From Dehalococcoidales bacterium (GTDB lineage: Bacteria > Chloroflexota > Dehalococcoidia > Dehalococcoidales > RBG-16-60-22): DNA of 64,000 nt. The notes under the pieces were generated by a model that was not told the DNA's origin, searched no databases, and saw nothing but the letters and a program-made list of their open reading frames with translations. Position numbers and translations under genes: made by a program. The stretch is from NCBI GenBank assembly GCA_034430755.1, contig DAOUDY010000028.1, forward strand, positions 3,608 to 67,607, written 5' to 3'. The stretch's first letter is position 1. Each line of letters starts with the position of its first letter. This document shows, piece after piece, positions 8,641 through 18,395 of the stretch.

Positions 8641-11600
8641 CTATTTAACGGGCAGTTCCGCAATAAACGTTGCCCCTTTGTTTGGGGCACTTTCGGCAAA
8701 TATATGACCGCCATGTTCGGCAACTATGCCGTGGCAGATGCTCAAACCGAGGCCGGTGCCTTTGCCTACTTCCTTGGTGGTGAAAAACGGGTCAAACACG
8801 TGTCTCAGGTGTTCTTTATCTATACCCGGGCCGTCATCGGCAAATGAAATCCGGATGACATCTCCTCTGCGCTCTGTGGTTATAGTGAGTGTGCCTCTGC
8901 CATGTTCCTGTGACATAAAATGTTCAGCGTTGATAATGATATTGAGAAAGACCTGCTGCAGCCGGAAAATGTCGGCGGTGAGCTCGGGCAGGGCGGGGTC
9001 GAAGTTGGTAACCACTTCAATATTGTGTACCTTTTGTTCGTAAGCGCGCAGGTCCAGGACCGATTGTATCGCCTGGTTGATATCTGCCGGTTTCTTGGTT
9101 GTCTCATGCCGGCGGGCAAAAGTGAGCAGATTCCGCACCACCTGTGCCGTTCGCTGAGCCTCCCGGTTGATTATTGACAGGTCTTCCTTGATGTCTTTAG
9201 GGGTATCTTTTTTAAGCAGCAGCTCGGAGAAACCGATAATCCCGGTCAAGGGGTTATTGAGCTCGTGGGCAACCCCTGCCGCCAGCTCACCAATCGAAGC
9301 CAGTCTGTCAGTGACAATGAGCTGCTGCTCCATTTTCTTGCGCTCGGTGATTTCACGAATGTATCCCACGTTGACCGGCTTCCCCTTGTAACTGGAATAA
9401 GCATAGGTAACCTCAGCCGGTACCTCGGTGCCGTCCTTCCTGATAATGGTTAGCTCATAAAATCCCGGGAGGACTTCACCGCGTATCCTTCTGGCGTGTC
9501 TTTTCATGGCCTCTTCGCGGTCACTTGGGTGGATGAGGTCGGCCATGGACATGTTGAGCAGCTTCTTCCTGGAGTAGCCGGTGATGCGCGACCACTCATC
9601 ACTGGCGTAAACGTGCATGCCGACGCCCCGCTCATCGTCCTGTAGCATCACCACTGCCTCTCCGATTCTTTCCCCGAGCTCTAAAAGAGCGCGATACCTT
9701 TCTTCTGATTCCCGAAGAGCTTCCTCCGCCTTTTTGCGCTCGGTGACATCGTTGATAACTGTGAGCAAACAGGTTTCACCGCCTATTTCAATTTTATCGG
9801 TGGAAAGCAGGGCATCGACTTTACGCCCTGACTTGGTGTAAAGCTCCACTTCTAGATTTTTCACCGCTTTTGTTTTTTTGAGCAGTTGTAGTATTTTCCT
9901 TCTAGTTCTGCCAGTCTTTGTAATTCCCAATTCCAAGGTGGTTCGACCCCTCAGCTCCTTGCGGGAAAAGCCGAAGGTCTGCACATAGCTATTATTGACA
10001 TCCAGGTAGCGGCCTTCTTCCAGGGTGACAATGCTCATGGGGCGGGGGTTGGAGTGAAATGCCTTGGAGAACCTTTCCTCTGATATCCTTAATGCTTCCT
10101 CAGCCTGCTTTCTTTCCGTAAGGTCAAAGTGCGATGAGGCGATATACAGAGGTCTTTCCTCATCATCTTTAACCAGAGTGGCCACACTGAGGGTAGGGAA
10201 AGTGGTACCATCTTTCTTCAGGCGTATAAGTTCACCGGCGTTGCTGCCGGTTTTCATAATCCGCTCTCCTCTTTTTTTCATGAATTCCTTTTGGTCTTCA
10301 GGGTAAAGTTTAAACAGATTACTGCCAATAAGTTCCTCTACGGTATAACCGTGCATTCGGGCATAGGCCTCATTGGCATAAACAAGCCTGCCTTCCATAT
10401 CACCTATCGAGACACCATAGCCGGCATTATCGGCGATAATTTTAAATTTCCTGATGTCCTCTTCTGCCTTTTTACGCTCAGTGATATCACGCATAACATG
10501 AACGACAGCCGTGACTTTTCCTGCTGCATTAATCACCGGTGAACACAGCGTATCGAAGTAAAGACCCAGGGGAGCATTATAGCTCTCTCTAAGAGCCGGC
10601 CTTTTGGTCTTAATAGCTTGAAGGTGTGGGCAATCAGGCAACGGCTTCTTAGCTCCGCATATTAATTCGTAGCACAACCTGCCAATCGCCTGTTGAGGTT
10701 TTATCTCGAAATGGTCCGCAAAAGCCTTGTTGACGCGAAGAATCAGACAATCTTTGTCAGCCGTTAAAACACAATCGGAGATGGTATCAAAGGTGGTGCG
10801 CCACTCTTCAGCTGCCCGTCTTATCCGGTCCTCCGTCTGCTTACGCTCGGTAACATCCCTGATTACCGACAGTATAATCCTCCTGCCTCCAAGATTGATG
10901 GTACGGGCAAGTATCTCCGCGAGGAAGACGCTGCCGTCCTTGCGCAAGTGTTCCGATTCAAAAATGATGGCGCCCTCTTTTTGAACTCTCCTGATCCTTT
11001 CATCAATCAAGCTGGCCTTTTCCCGGGGCACCAGCTGCTTCAGGTTCATGGTGAGCATTTCCTCTTTGGAATAGCCGCGGGTGCGGCAGGTCGCTTCGTT
11101 CATGTAGATGAGATTGCCATCCAGGTCGGTGGCGACGATGGAGTCGGTAGCTTCATTCAGGAGGTGTGCCCTCAGCTGTAATGCCTCCTCGGCATGCTTG
11201 CGTTCCGTGATGTCCACCCAGTTTGACAGGTAATATTTGAACTCACCATTGGCCGTTACGGGCGTGGAGGTTATCTCCACCCAGAACCGCTTCCCCCTCT
11301 TTTTCTGGAAAAGCTGCTCTTTGGCTTTGTCGCCGTGGCGGAAGGCTGCTTCAAAGTCCTGCTTGAGTTTCCCCGACGTTTCCTCCGGCCACCAGGGGTA
11401 TGGGGCTTTCTGGCCAATCAGTTCAATCAGGGAATAGCCGGTAAGCACTTCAAACGCCGGATTGACGTAGCGGATGGAGGTATCCGGATTGGCTACAAAG
11501 ATGGGGTTGGGTGAGTGGTTCAGAATGGTAGAGCTGTACTCTTCACTCTGCCTCAGCGCTTCTTCCGCACACCGGCGCTCGGTTATGTCTTCAACAGTGG

Positions 11601-12048
11601 CAATAGCTCCCTGGTACTCACCCTTATCATTAATTAGGGGTGAGGCAGACAGGCTGGTGGAAACGATGGTCCCGTCTTTGCGTTTAAATTCAAAATCATG
11701 TCTTCCGCTCACCCCCTTTTGAAGACGCTCCAGATAGTGGGTGGCAATCTTAACGCCACGCTCATCCATGAATGAGAGCAGGTGTTTGCCCAGCAATTCT
11801 TCCGCACTGTAGCCCAATATCTCCGCCATTCGGGGGTTAACAAAGGTGGTCACCGCTTCGGCGTCAATCGCCCAGGCGCCTTCATGGGCATTCTTTATGA
11901 AAAGACGATATTTCTCGGCGGTTTCTCTTAGTTCAGCTTTGGTCTGCGTGTGCTTGACTTCCCCAGCTTCAAGGTTGGCGGTGCGCTGGCGCAGTTTTTT
12001 GGCGTTTCTTCGTTCATCTCCTTGCATCACAGCCATATTTATGTCCAA
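8641..12048 (-). CDS. multi-PAS sensor histidine kinase (7 PAS + HisKA + HATPase)
   Basis: 1135 aa. Seven PAS-terminal (D/E)(I/V/L)TER(K/R) motifs counted in the translation. H-box AHELNNPL. C-terminal DDGPGI...GTGLGLSI ATPase motifs. Confidence 0.9.
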   Translation of the reverse strand: MDINMAVMQGDERRNAKKLRQRTANLEAGEVKHTQTKAELRETAEKYRLFIKNAHEGAWAIDAEAVTTFVNPRMAEILGYSAEELLGKHLLSFMDERGVKIATHYLERLQKGVSGRHDFEFKRKDGTIVSTSLSASPLINDKGEYQGAIATVEDITERRCAEEALRQSEEYSSTILNHSPNPIFVANPDTSIRYVNPAFEVLTGYSLIELIGQKAPYPWWPEETSGKLKQDFEAAFRHGDKAKEQLFQKKRGKRFWVEITSTPVTANGEFKYYLSNWVDITERKHAEEALQLRAHLLNEATDSIVATDLDGNLIYMNEATCRTRGYSKEEMLTMNLKQLVPREKASLIDERIRRVQKEGAIIFESEHLRKDGSVFLAEILARTINLGGRRIILSVIRDVTERKQTEDRIRRAAEEWRTTFDTISDCVLTADKDCLILRVNKAFADHFEIKPQQAIGRLCYELICGAKKPLPDCPHLQAIKTKRPALRESYNAPLGLYFDTLCSPVINAAGKVTAVVHVMRDITERKKAEEDIRKFKIIADNAGYGVSIGDMEGRLVYANEAYARMHGYTVEELIGSNLFKLYPEDQKEFMKKRGERIMKTGSNAGELIRLKKDGTTFPTLSVATLVKDDEERPLYIASSHFDLTERKQAEEALRISEERFSKAFHSNPRPMSIVTLEEGRYLDVNNSYVQTFGFSRKELRGRTTLELGITKTGRTRRKILQLLKKTKAVKNLEVELYTKSGRKVDALLSTDKIEIGGETCLLTVINDVTERKKAEEALRESEERYRALLELGERIGEAVVMLQDDERGVGMHVYASDEWSRITGYSRKKLLNMSMADLIHPSDREEAMKRHARRIRGEVLPGFYELTIIRKDGTEVPAEVTYAYSSYKGKPVNVGYIREITERKKMEQQLIVTDRLASIGELAAGVAHELNNPLTGIIGFSELLLKKDTPKDIKEDLSIINREAQRTAQVVRNLLTFARRHETTKKPADINQAIQSVLDLRAYEQKVHNIEVVTNFDPALPELTADIFRLQQVFLNIIINAEHFMSQEHGRGTLTITTERRGDVIRISFADDGPGIDKEHLRHVFDPFFTTKEVGKGTGLGLSICHGIVAEHGGHIFAESAPNKGATFIAELPVK

Positions 12049-12068
12049 CTAGTACCAATGTACTTAGG

Positions 12069-12092
12069 AAAAAAGTAATGCCATATGGCATT
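12069..12092 (-). terminator. possible intrinsic terminator after the UxaA-type operon
   Basis: Perfect 16-bp palindrome aatgccatatggcatt (12077-12092), followed on the minus strand by ACTTTTTT. It lies only ~30 nt upstream of the kinase start codon, so it could instead be an operator. Confidence 0.4.
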
Positions 12093-12253
12093 TAAAATGA
12101 CTTTTTCACTGCGTTATTTAGCATCTTGGTACGTGCCTACAAGCTGTATTCCGAACGTTATTTATGCTAACAGTACATTATTGTAGCAGACGTGTCAAGT
12201 AAGCCATTATTTTGACATTTAGCAGAAGATATACGCCCCTGTTTGAGATAGTC

Positions 12254-13441
12254 TTAGAAGCAGGGGTCCCTCAGGTATATCTGGGTCGGGTCGGTGTGGC
12301 GCAGGGTCTCCACTTTGGTCATGGTGCCGGAAGCGATGTCAAGCACCAGCTGCAATAGCTTTCCCCCGGCTTCTTCAATCGTGTCCTTCCCCTCAATGAC
12401 CGTGCCGGCGTAGAAGTCGACGCTGGTTGGCGCCATGGCCAGGGTCTTGGGGTTGGCTGTCGTCCACAGGAGCGGAGAAACTACCGCCGTTGAAGTATGC
12501 AGAAGGTCGTTGCCCACGAGTCCTCCGCCCCCCAGCTGGAAGATGACCAACTGCGCTCCGGAAGCGGCATAGCCGGCGAAGATGGAGCCCATGCTCATCC
12601 AGTTGTCCACAAAGTACAATCCCTTCCCTTCCGGTCTTTCTCCATATTTCAGCACGTCCTGTATCGGCGCTGACCCCGACTTGTGGATGGCGCCCAGCGA
12701 CTTCTCCTCCAGCGACGATATGCCTCCGGCGATATTGGAAGGCACCGGATTGACGGTGCGGATGTCCTCACCGGTTGCTTTGGCGATGGTCTCGATAGCG
12801 GCGGCGGCCTCCAGTATCCGTCTGGATACATCCTCATTGATGCCGCGTTTGGCCAGGACGTGTTCCGCGCCGATTATCTCCGTGGTCTCGCCGAAGAAGG
12901 CGGTGCCTCCGGAAGCTACGATGCGGTCAAAGAGGTTGCCGATAACCGGGTTGCCGGCAATGCCGGAGGTGGTATCCGAGTGCCCGCATTTCACACCCAC
13001 GGCCAGGTTGCTCAAATCGAAAGGCTGCCTTCTGAGGCGCGAGGCCTCGAGCACCATCTCCCTCGCCAGCTGGACTCCTTTCTCCAGAGCCCGGAGCGTG
13101 CTTCCCTCTTTGGCCACGTCGAGTATCTCCACACGCTTCCCGGACCTGGCAATCTCCTCGGCGAGGCGAGCCGGCTTGAGTTCGGGATAGCCAGCACCCG
13201 GGCTCAGCGTATGGATAATCACCGAGGCCACGTTTGGATTACGCCCCAGTCCGATAAGAGTGCGTGCAATGGTCTCGCGGTCGCGGCTGGTGCGACCGCT
13301 CCCCGAATCCGGGGTCAGTATGGTTTTCGTTCCGTCAACGAAATCGCATATTCTGGCGGGCAGAAATCCCCAGGGAATCACCAGCACGTAATTGCGGATT
13401 CCGGCCGAGCCGTCCGGTCTTGGGTATCCTGTAAAATTCAT
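12254..13441 (-). CDS. UxaA-family (altronate/galactarate-type) dehydratase, large subunit
   Basis: 395 aa. N-terminus GYPRPDGSAGIRNYVLVIP typical of the UxaA C-terminal domain. ATGA start/stop overlap with the SAF-domain gene. Confidence 0.8.
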   Translation of the reverse strand: MNFTGYPRPDGSAGIRNYVLVIPWGFLPARICDFVDGTKTILTPDSGSGRTSRDRETIARTLIGLGRNPNVASVIIHTLSPGAGYPELKPARLAEEIARSGKRVEILDVAKEGSTLRALEKGVQLAREMVLEASRLRRQPFDLSNLAVGVKCGHSDTTSGIAGNPVIGNLFDRIVASGGTAFFGETTEIIGAEHVLAKRGINEDVSRRILEAAAAIETIAKATGEDIRTVNPVPSNIAGGISSLEEKSLGAIHKSGSAPIQDVLKYGERPEGKGLYFVDNWMSMGSIFAGYAASGAQLVIFQLGGGGLVGNDLLHTSTAVVSPLLWTTANPKTLAMAPTSVDFYAGTVIEGKDTIEEAGGKLLQLVLDIASGTMTKVETLRHTDPTQIYLRDPCF

Positions 13442-13746
13442 TTGGCGTCTCCTTTCATCAAATCTCCTCTGCCCCGTGCTCCTTCCAGGTTGTGGATATG
13501 GACCATTTCCCCCTGTTTGATGTCGCGCGAGGCGATGCCGATGGTCTCGCCGTACTTGATGATGGCGGCATCTTTGGCAATATCCGTCACGGCGATTTTG
13601 AAACCGAAAGGTATGCTTTCACCAGCGTTAACCGTACCGGTCTCTTTGCCGAGGCGAATCAGCACCTCAGTTCCGGGCGCCGCATCCTCAAGAAGCGTGG
13701 CAACGTTGTCCTTCTCCGAAAGCTTTAATGCCCCTCTTGCTATCAT
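13438..13746 (-). CDS. UxaA-family dehydratase, small SAF-domain subunit
   Basis: 102 aa. DNVATLLEDAAPGTEV...IKYGETIGIASRDIKQGEMVHIHN resembles the SAF/UxaA N-terminal domain. Translationally coupled to the large subunit. Confidence 0.75.
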   Translation of the reverse strand: MIARGALKLSEKDNVATLLEDAAPGTEVLIRLGKETGTVNAGESIPFGFKIAVTDIAKDAAIIKYGETIGIASRDIKQGEMVHIHNLEGARGRGDLMKGDAK

Positions 13747-13792
13747 GGGATACCTCCTTTTCAGACTTCAGAGCCTGCTTTTAAATCCGATT

Positions 13793-15037
13793 TCATTTTT
13801 TGGAAACATTGATGATAAGCAACGCGGCGGCAACGGAAAGGCCAGTGTAGGCGAGCCAGACACCCTGATAGCTGCTCCAGGTATCATATACCCATCCGGC
13901 AATAAACGGGCCGAAGATACCACCCAGGGCGCTGATGCCGATGATCAGACCGAACAGGGTGCCGAACTTCGCCCGGCCAAAGTACTCCGAGACTATGGCA
14001 GGCCTGGTGCCGGTACTGCCGCCGTAGCCGACGCCGAAAAAGAAGAGAAAGGGAATCAGCAGCCACAGGCCGGTACCGGGGGCAGAGCCGAAACACAGCA
14101 GGCCGACGGTAATCAGGCCAAAGGCAATGGCTACCACCCGCCGCCGGTCAAACCTGTCCGCCAGCCAGCCGAATCCCGCACGGCCGCTGATACTCATTAT
14201 CGGCAGCATCATGGCCGCGAGGCCGGCCCTTGTCCTGTCCACACCAATGCTGCTCAGATACGGCATAATGTGGGTGATGACGCTGCTTACCAGCATAGCG
14301 TGAACCATGAAGGTCATGGCAATGCGCCAGAAAGTAGCGCTTTTGAGCACCTGTGCTACTCTGATATTCAATTGAGCGGGCTGAGCAAGGGTGGACGCGG
14401 GGGACGATGGCGAGGGAACCTCTTTTTGACCATCAGGATGATAGCCATACTGTTCGGGACGGTGCCGAAAAACAAAGGATAGCGGAAGGACCACAATAAG
14501 TGCCCCGGCGGCCAGAATGGCTATTGTCATCCGCCAATCGAAAATTTCAATAAGCTTGACGATTAGAGGCACAACGAGGCCACTGAGGCCGAAACCGGAC
14601 ATGGCGATGCCGCTGGCGAGGCCAATCCTCAGGCGGAACCAGCTGGCCACGGCGGTCATCAGCACGGTCTGGGTGGTGGCGCTCATGCCTATGGCGATAA
14701 GGGCAAAGGCGCCGTAAAACGTGGCCAGAGACGTGGTCCGGCTTAGCAAGAAAAGGCCCAGGGCCGCAATAACCGCCCCAACGAAAATAACTCGCCGTGG
14801 GCCCAGCCGGTCGGTCAATATGCCGGTGAGCGGTGCCAGCAGGCCCAGCTCGAGGCCACGCAGGGAAGCCGCCAGGGATATCTGCGCATAGCTCCAGCCC
14901 ATCTCATCGGCGATTGGTTCAAAGATAGCGGTAAACCCGTAAAAGACGGCGCCACCGGAGTACATCGCGACTAAAATAGCAGCCCCGACTATCCACCATC
15001 CGTAAAATATCCTGGCGGGTTTCCATTTAAAAAACAT
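13793..15037 (-). CDS. MFS transporter
   Basis: 414 aa, ~12 TM, DRLGPRR loop motif. Looks like the oxalate/formate-antiporter (OFA) subfamily, but substrate cannot be assigned. Confidence 0.85.
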   Translation of the reverse strand: MFFKWKPARIFYGWWIVGAAILVAMYSGGAVFYGFTAIFEPIADEMGWSYAQISLAASLRGLELGLLAPLTGILTDRLGPRRVIFVGAVIAALGLFLLSRTTSLATFYGAFALIAIGMSATTQTVLMTAVASWFRLRIGLASGIAMSGFGLSGLVVPLIVKLIEIFDWRMTIAILAAGALIVVLPLSFVFRHRPEQYGYHPDGQKEVPSPSSPASTLAQPAQLNIRVAQVLKSATFWRIAMTFMVHAMLVSSVITHIMPYLSSIGVDRTRAGLAAMMLPIMSISGRAGFGWLADRFDRRRVVAIAFGLITVGLLCFGSAPGTGLWLLIPFLFFFGVGYGGSTGTRPAIVSEYFGRAKFGTLFGLIIGISALGGIFGPFIAGWVYDTWSSYQGVWLAYTGLSVAAALLIINVSKK

Positions 15038-15063
15038 GGCTGAATAATTGTCTCACCGAATTT

Positions 15064-16734
15064 CTACTCCGCGCGCTGAAAATGCGCCATATCAAGTCCG
15101 ACGGCGACATCGATGACCGCAGGCCTGCCTTCTTTGTTCGCTTTAAGGGCTTCTTCCAGGGCTGGCTTTAGCTCGGAGCCTTTCTCCACTCTCTTCCCAT
15201 AGCACTGACACGCTTCCGCCCATTTGACGAAGTCAGGCTGAACCTGAAAGGTAGCGGTATCCCAGCCGGCCGCCGTCATCTGATTATGCTTTACCCAGCC
15301 AAACGCCGAGTTGTTTAATACCAGCCAGGTGCACCCTGCCCGGTACTGGGCCGCGGTCGGCAGCTCTTTCATGTACATCTGGAAGGCGCCGTCGCCGGTG
15401 ACGCAGACCACATTTTTCTCCGGTCTGGTCAGTTTGGCCGCGATGGCACCGACAACCCCCATGCCCATGCACGTCTGCTCGGCGACGGGCACGCACTCTG
15501 AGCCTTCCTGCACCTCGAAATACGGCCAGCAGTATGACCAGGTGTCCTGCGAGCCATTCTCGCTGACCAGAACCGTGTTCTGGCCAAAGACGCGGCTCAA
15601 TTCATACACCGCTCTCTTTGCTGGCATCGGCGTTTCCTCCACCAGGCACTCCGCCTCCACTTCCTTCTCAAAGGCTTCTTTGGCTTTCATTATCTCCTTC
15701 ACCCTGGGCATCTCACGGAAATCTTTATCCGCGGCACTATCGCCTTGCATAGCGTCAATAAGTTGCCTCAGGACAAGTTTGGCATCGCCCACAATGCCGG
15801 CATCCGGCAGCCAATTCCTGCCTATTTCAAAGGGTTCGATGTCAACCTGGATGAACCTGGCGCCCTCGGGGAAGTCGCGCCACTGGTGTGTGCTGTAGCT
15901 TTCATTTCTGGTGCCAACGGTGAATATCAAATCGGCATCGGTGTAGACTTCCTTCCCGACTTTGGTGCGGTAGAAACCGCAGACACCGAGGGCTAACGGG
16001 TGGGTCTCCGGCAGAATACCCCTCCCTCCCGGCGTGGTGAGAAATGGTATGCCCAGCCGCTCGATGAACTGTCTGAATTCCTCAGCGGCTCCTGACAGTA
16101 CCGTCCCGTTGCCGGAGATTGCTACCGGCCTTTTCGCCTTCCTGAGCAATGCGGCAGCCTCTTTGATTAGCTCCGGGTCGCCGCCGGTGCGAATTTTCTT
16201 TGCCGGCACATACTGAGGGCTTCCGATATCGTACAGTTCCCAGCGGGTCTTCCCGCTCACATCGTAGGGCATCTCCAGGAAAACCGGTCCCGGCTGCCCG
16301 TTGATGGCGATGGAAAAAGCGCGGCGGATAAACCACGGTATGCGGTCGGTGTATGGAATACGCGCGCTCCACTTGGTGATGGGCTTCATCATGGCTATGT
16401 GGTCTGTCTCCTGGAACTCACCCATGCCATACGTTTTCTGCGAGTTACCGGCATTGATTATCACCACTGGTGAGCAGCCGGAATACGCCTCAAGGACGCC
16501 GGGAAGCAAGTTGGCTGTCCCCGGCCCGGTGCTGGCGGTGCAAACGCCCGGCTTACCGCTCAAGCGGGCATAGGCCATGGCCATGAAAGGCGCCGACCCC
16601 TCATACCGCAGGTTTACATTACTTATACCGTCAATCTTTTCCGCATAGAGCTGCAGGCCGGAATCTCCGATGCCGAAGATAAAGTCGATTCCCTCAGCCT
16701 TCAGCATATTGACCATTGCTTCCCATGCGTTCAT
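15064..16734 (-). CDS. thiamine-pyrophosphate-dependent enzyme (acetolactate synthase / oxalyl-CoA decarboxylase superfamily)
   Basis: 556 aa. TPP motif GDGAFQM...(x)...LVLNNSAFG. GAAGGAGGTG SD. Confidence 0.85.
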   Translation of the reverse strand: MNAWEAMVNMLKAEGIDFIFGIGDSGLQLYAEKIDGISNVNLRYEGSAPFMAMAYARLSGKPGVCTASTGPGTANLLPGVLEAYSGCSPVVIINAGNSQKTYGMGEFQETDHIAMMKPITKWSARIPYTDRIPWFIRRAFSIAINGQPGPVFLEMPYDVSGKTRWELYDIGSPQYVPAKKIRTGGDPELIKEAAALLRKAKRPVAISGNGTVLSGAAEEFRQFIERLGIPFLTTPGGRGILPETHPLALGVCGFYRTKVGKEVYTDADLIFTVGTRNESYSTHQWRDFPEGARFIQVDIEPFEIGRNWLPDAGIVGDAKLVLRQLIDAMQGDSAADKDFREMPRVKEIMKAKEAFEKEVEAECLVEETPMPAKRAVYELSRVFGQNTVLVSENGSQDTWSYCWPYFEVQEGSECVPVAEQTCMGMGVVGAIAAKLTRPEKNVVCVTGDGAFQMYMKELPTAAQYRAGCTWLVLNNSAFGWVKHNQMTAAGWDTATFQVQPDFVKWAEACQCYGKRVEKGSELKPALEEALKANKEGRPAVIDVAVGLDMAHFQRAE

Positions 16735-17128
16735 AACTTGGCACCTCCTTCGTTATCATTCTAATAAGCCTGTGACGGATTTAGAAACTTCTTAACCTAC
16801 AAGCAGTTAACAATCTGACGGCAGTGAAGTCAGGTTCAGGCGTTTATAGAATAGTTATACCATAATCCGGCCTGAGATAACGAGCGAAGCAGTATAAGCA
16901 TTTTCGGCTAGTGAAATTAAGCATAACAGCGGAAGGCAGGCCAGAAAATACGGCGATAAGCTGGGAGCAGACAGTACCGGCACCAGACTGAGAGAGATTA
17001 TCGCAGGTAAGGGCGAGGCAGGTATTGCCTCGGTGGAATATAACTGGTACATTTATGCTGGTAGCAGTTTTGAAATCTTAAAACGGATAAAAACCGTCTG
17101 ACAAATAAATAGTGGTGAATAGGCGCAT

Positions 17129-17986
17129 ATGCTCGCTCCTATAGGCTTACTGGGGATTAGCCGGCTATCGGTTGATTTTCAAGTCCGGGTCATCGACATC
17201 GCATGGCAGGATACCATCCGCCCCCTGTGTCTGATAGTCTATATTCTCACCATACTGGGGCTGGTGCTGAACTATGTTTTCACACAGAAATTCAAACCAG
17301 AGAAACACGGGGTTCAGGAAGCAGAACAAAGACAAGAGGTAGAGCGATACCGCAAGCCGACGCGGATTCTGCACTGGAGCCTTGCCGCTTTATTTGTCGT
17401 TTTATTCGGGAGCGGACTGGTAATCTTTTGCTTCCCCGGCTCGGCCATCTCAGGCAGCAGCTGGCTGCATAGCATGCACCGGGTGGCGGGTATAGTTTTT
17501 ATCATTTTGCCGCTGCTGTATTTGTTAATCAACCCGAAGGCAGCCTGGCGGGGCATAAAGCTGGCTTTCGTGTGGGGTGCGGACGACCTGGAATGGGTTA
17601 AGGCGGCACCAGAATACTATTACCTTCACGATGAACGGGCAATGCCGCCTCAAGGCTTTTTAAACACCCACCAGAAAGCCTGGTGGCTGGCGGCGATTGT
17701 TCTCGGGCCGGTCCTTGCCGTTACCGGCGTGCTTCTGTGGGCGTTTGAGGCAAGCGCAGCGACGCAATTCTATCAATTAATGCTCTTCTGCCACAGCGTA
17801 TCGTTCATCATCATCGGCAACATGTTCCTGATGCACATTTACCTGGCGGTTATTCACCCCGTCACCCGTCCCTGGAAAACCGGACCCTGGGGCGCTATGA
17901 CCAGGGGCAAAGTTCCCATGGAATACGCCCGGTCACACCATGGCAAATGGATAGAGGGGCTGCAGAAAGCCGGAGAGGACCGGTAA
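17129..17986 (+). CDS. di-heme cytochrome b, formate-dehydrogenase gamma (FdnI)-like, orphan
   Basis: 285 aa. RILHWSLAALFVVLFGSGL, HSMHRVAG, and HSVSFIIIGNMFLMHIYLAVIHP supply candidate heme-ligand His residues. C-terminal GKVPMEYARSHHGKW is typical of the family. No catalytic partner is adjacent. Confidence 0.7.
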   Translation: MLAPIGLLGISRLSVDFQVRVIDIAWQDTIRPLCLIVYILTILGLVLNYVFTQKFKPEKHGVQEAEQRQEVERYRKPTRILHWSLAALFVVLFGSGLVIFCFPGSAISGSSWLHSMHRVAGIVFIILPLLYLLINPKAAWRGIKLAFVWGADDLEWVKAAPEYYYLHDERAMPPQGFLNTHQKAWWLAAIVLGPVLAVTGVLLWAFEASAATQFYQLMLFCHSVSFIIIGNMFLMHIYLAVIHPVTRPWKTGPWGAMTRGKVPMEYARSHHGKWIEGLQKAGEDR

Positions 17987-18055
17987 AACCAGTCCCGGGC
18001 TAATCCGGAGGCTATTCCAGTTCAGTCTATTTTGGAAAAGAAGGGTGTTATTTTA

Positions 18056-18292
18056 TCAACGTTTGTTTTTCCGGTGGTGCTGATCGGGTGGTTTCGGATA
18101 GAAAATCTGGGGATGAAACAGCATGTAGAGCAGTGAGCCGAAGCAGGGAATAAATAGTATGGTCAATGCCCAGGGTGGCTTTCGTTTCCCGAATACCCTA
18201 TCCCGGCTGGCTAAATCATGTAGCATGAAAGCCGCCAGAATCCAGTGGACTACGCCAAAGAGAATTATCCTTAAAATCCATTCGGAGTCCAT
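18056..18292 (-). CDS. small membrane protein with PLD-nuclease N-terminal (PLDc_N) type domain
   Basis: 78 aa, 2 TM. PPWALTILFIPCFGSLLYMLF pattern. Confidence 0.65.
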   Translation of the reverse strand: MDSEWILRIILFGVVHWILAAFMLHDLASRDRVFGKRKPPWALTILFIPCFGSLLYMLFHPQIFYPKPPDQHHRKNKR

Positions 18293-18395
18293 ATATTCGC
18301 TTCCAGTGGCCCTGCCATTTCAGTTAAGTAATTATATATGGTACTCGTTTTGTGTGGCAAAAGTTGTGGCAGAGGGAAGGGGCGATGGTGCGAGT

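Noticed and set aside
12683-14482. 599-aa plus-strand ORF, one of the longest in the track
   Set aside because: It runs antisense across three well-supported minus-strand genes (UxaA large subunit, SAF subunit, MFS). Its translation is low-complexity (Gly/Arg/Ala-rich) with no motifs. This is a typical stop-poor antisense frame in GC-rich coding DNA.
16780-17060. Possible riboswitch (TPP or cobalamin) in the 394-bp spacer between the TPP-enzyme gene and the cytochrome b gene; also the 65-aa hydrophobic ORF 16855..17052
   Set aside because: A CTGAGA element is present, but I could not find the paired ACCTGATCTGGATAATGCCAGCG-type TPP core or a B12 box on either strand. The 65-aa ORF lacks an SD. 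An Rfam scan would settle it; I have no positive evidence.
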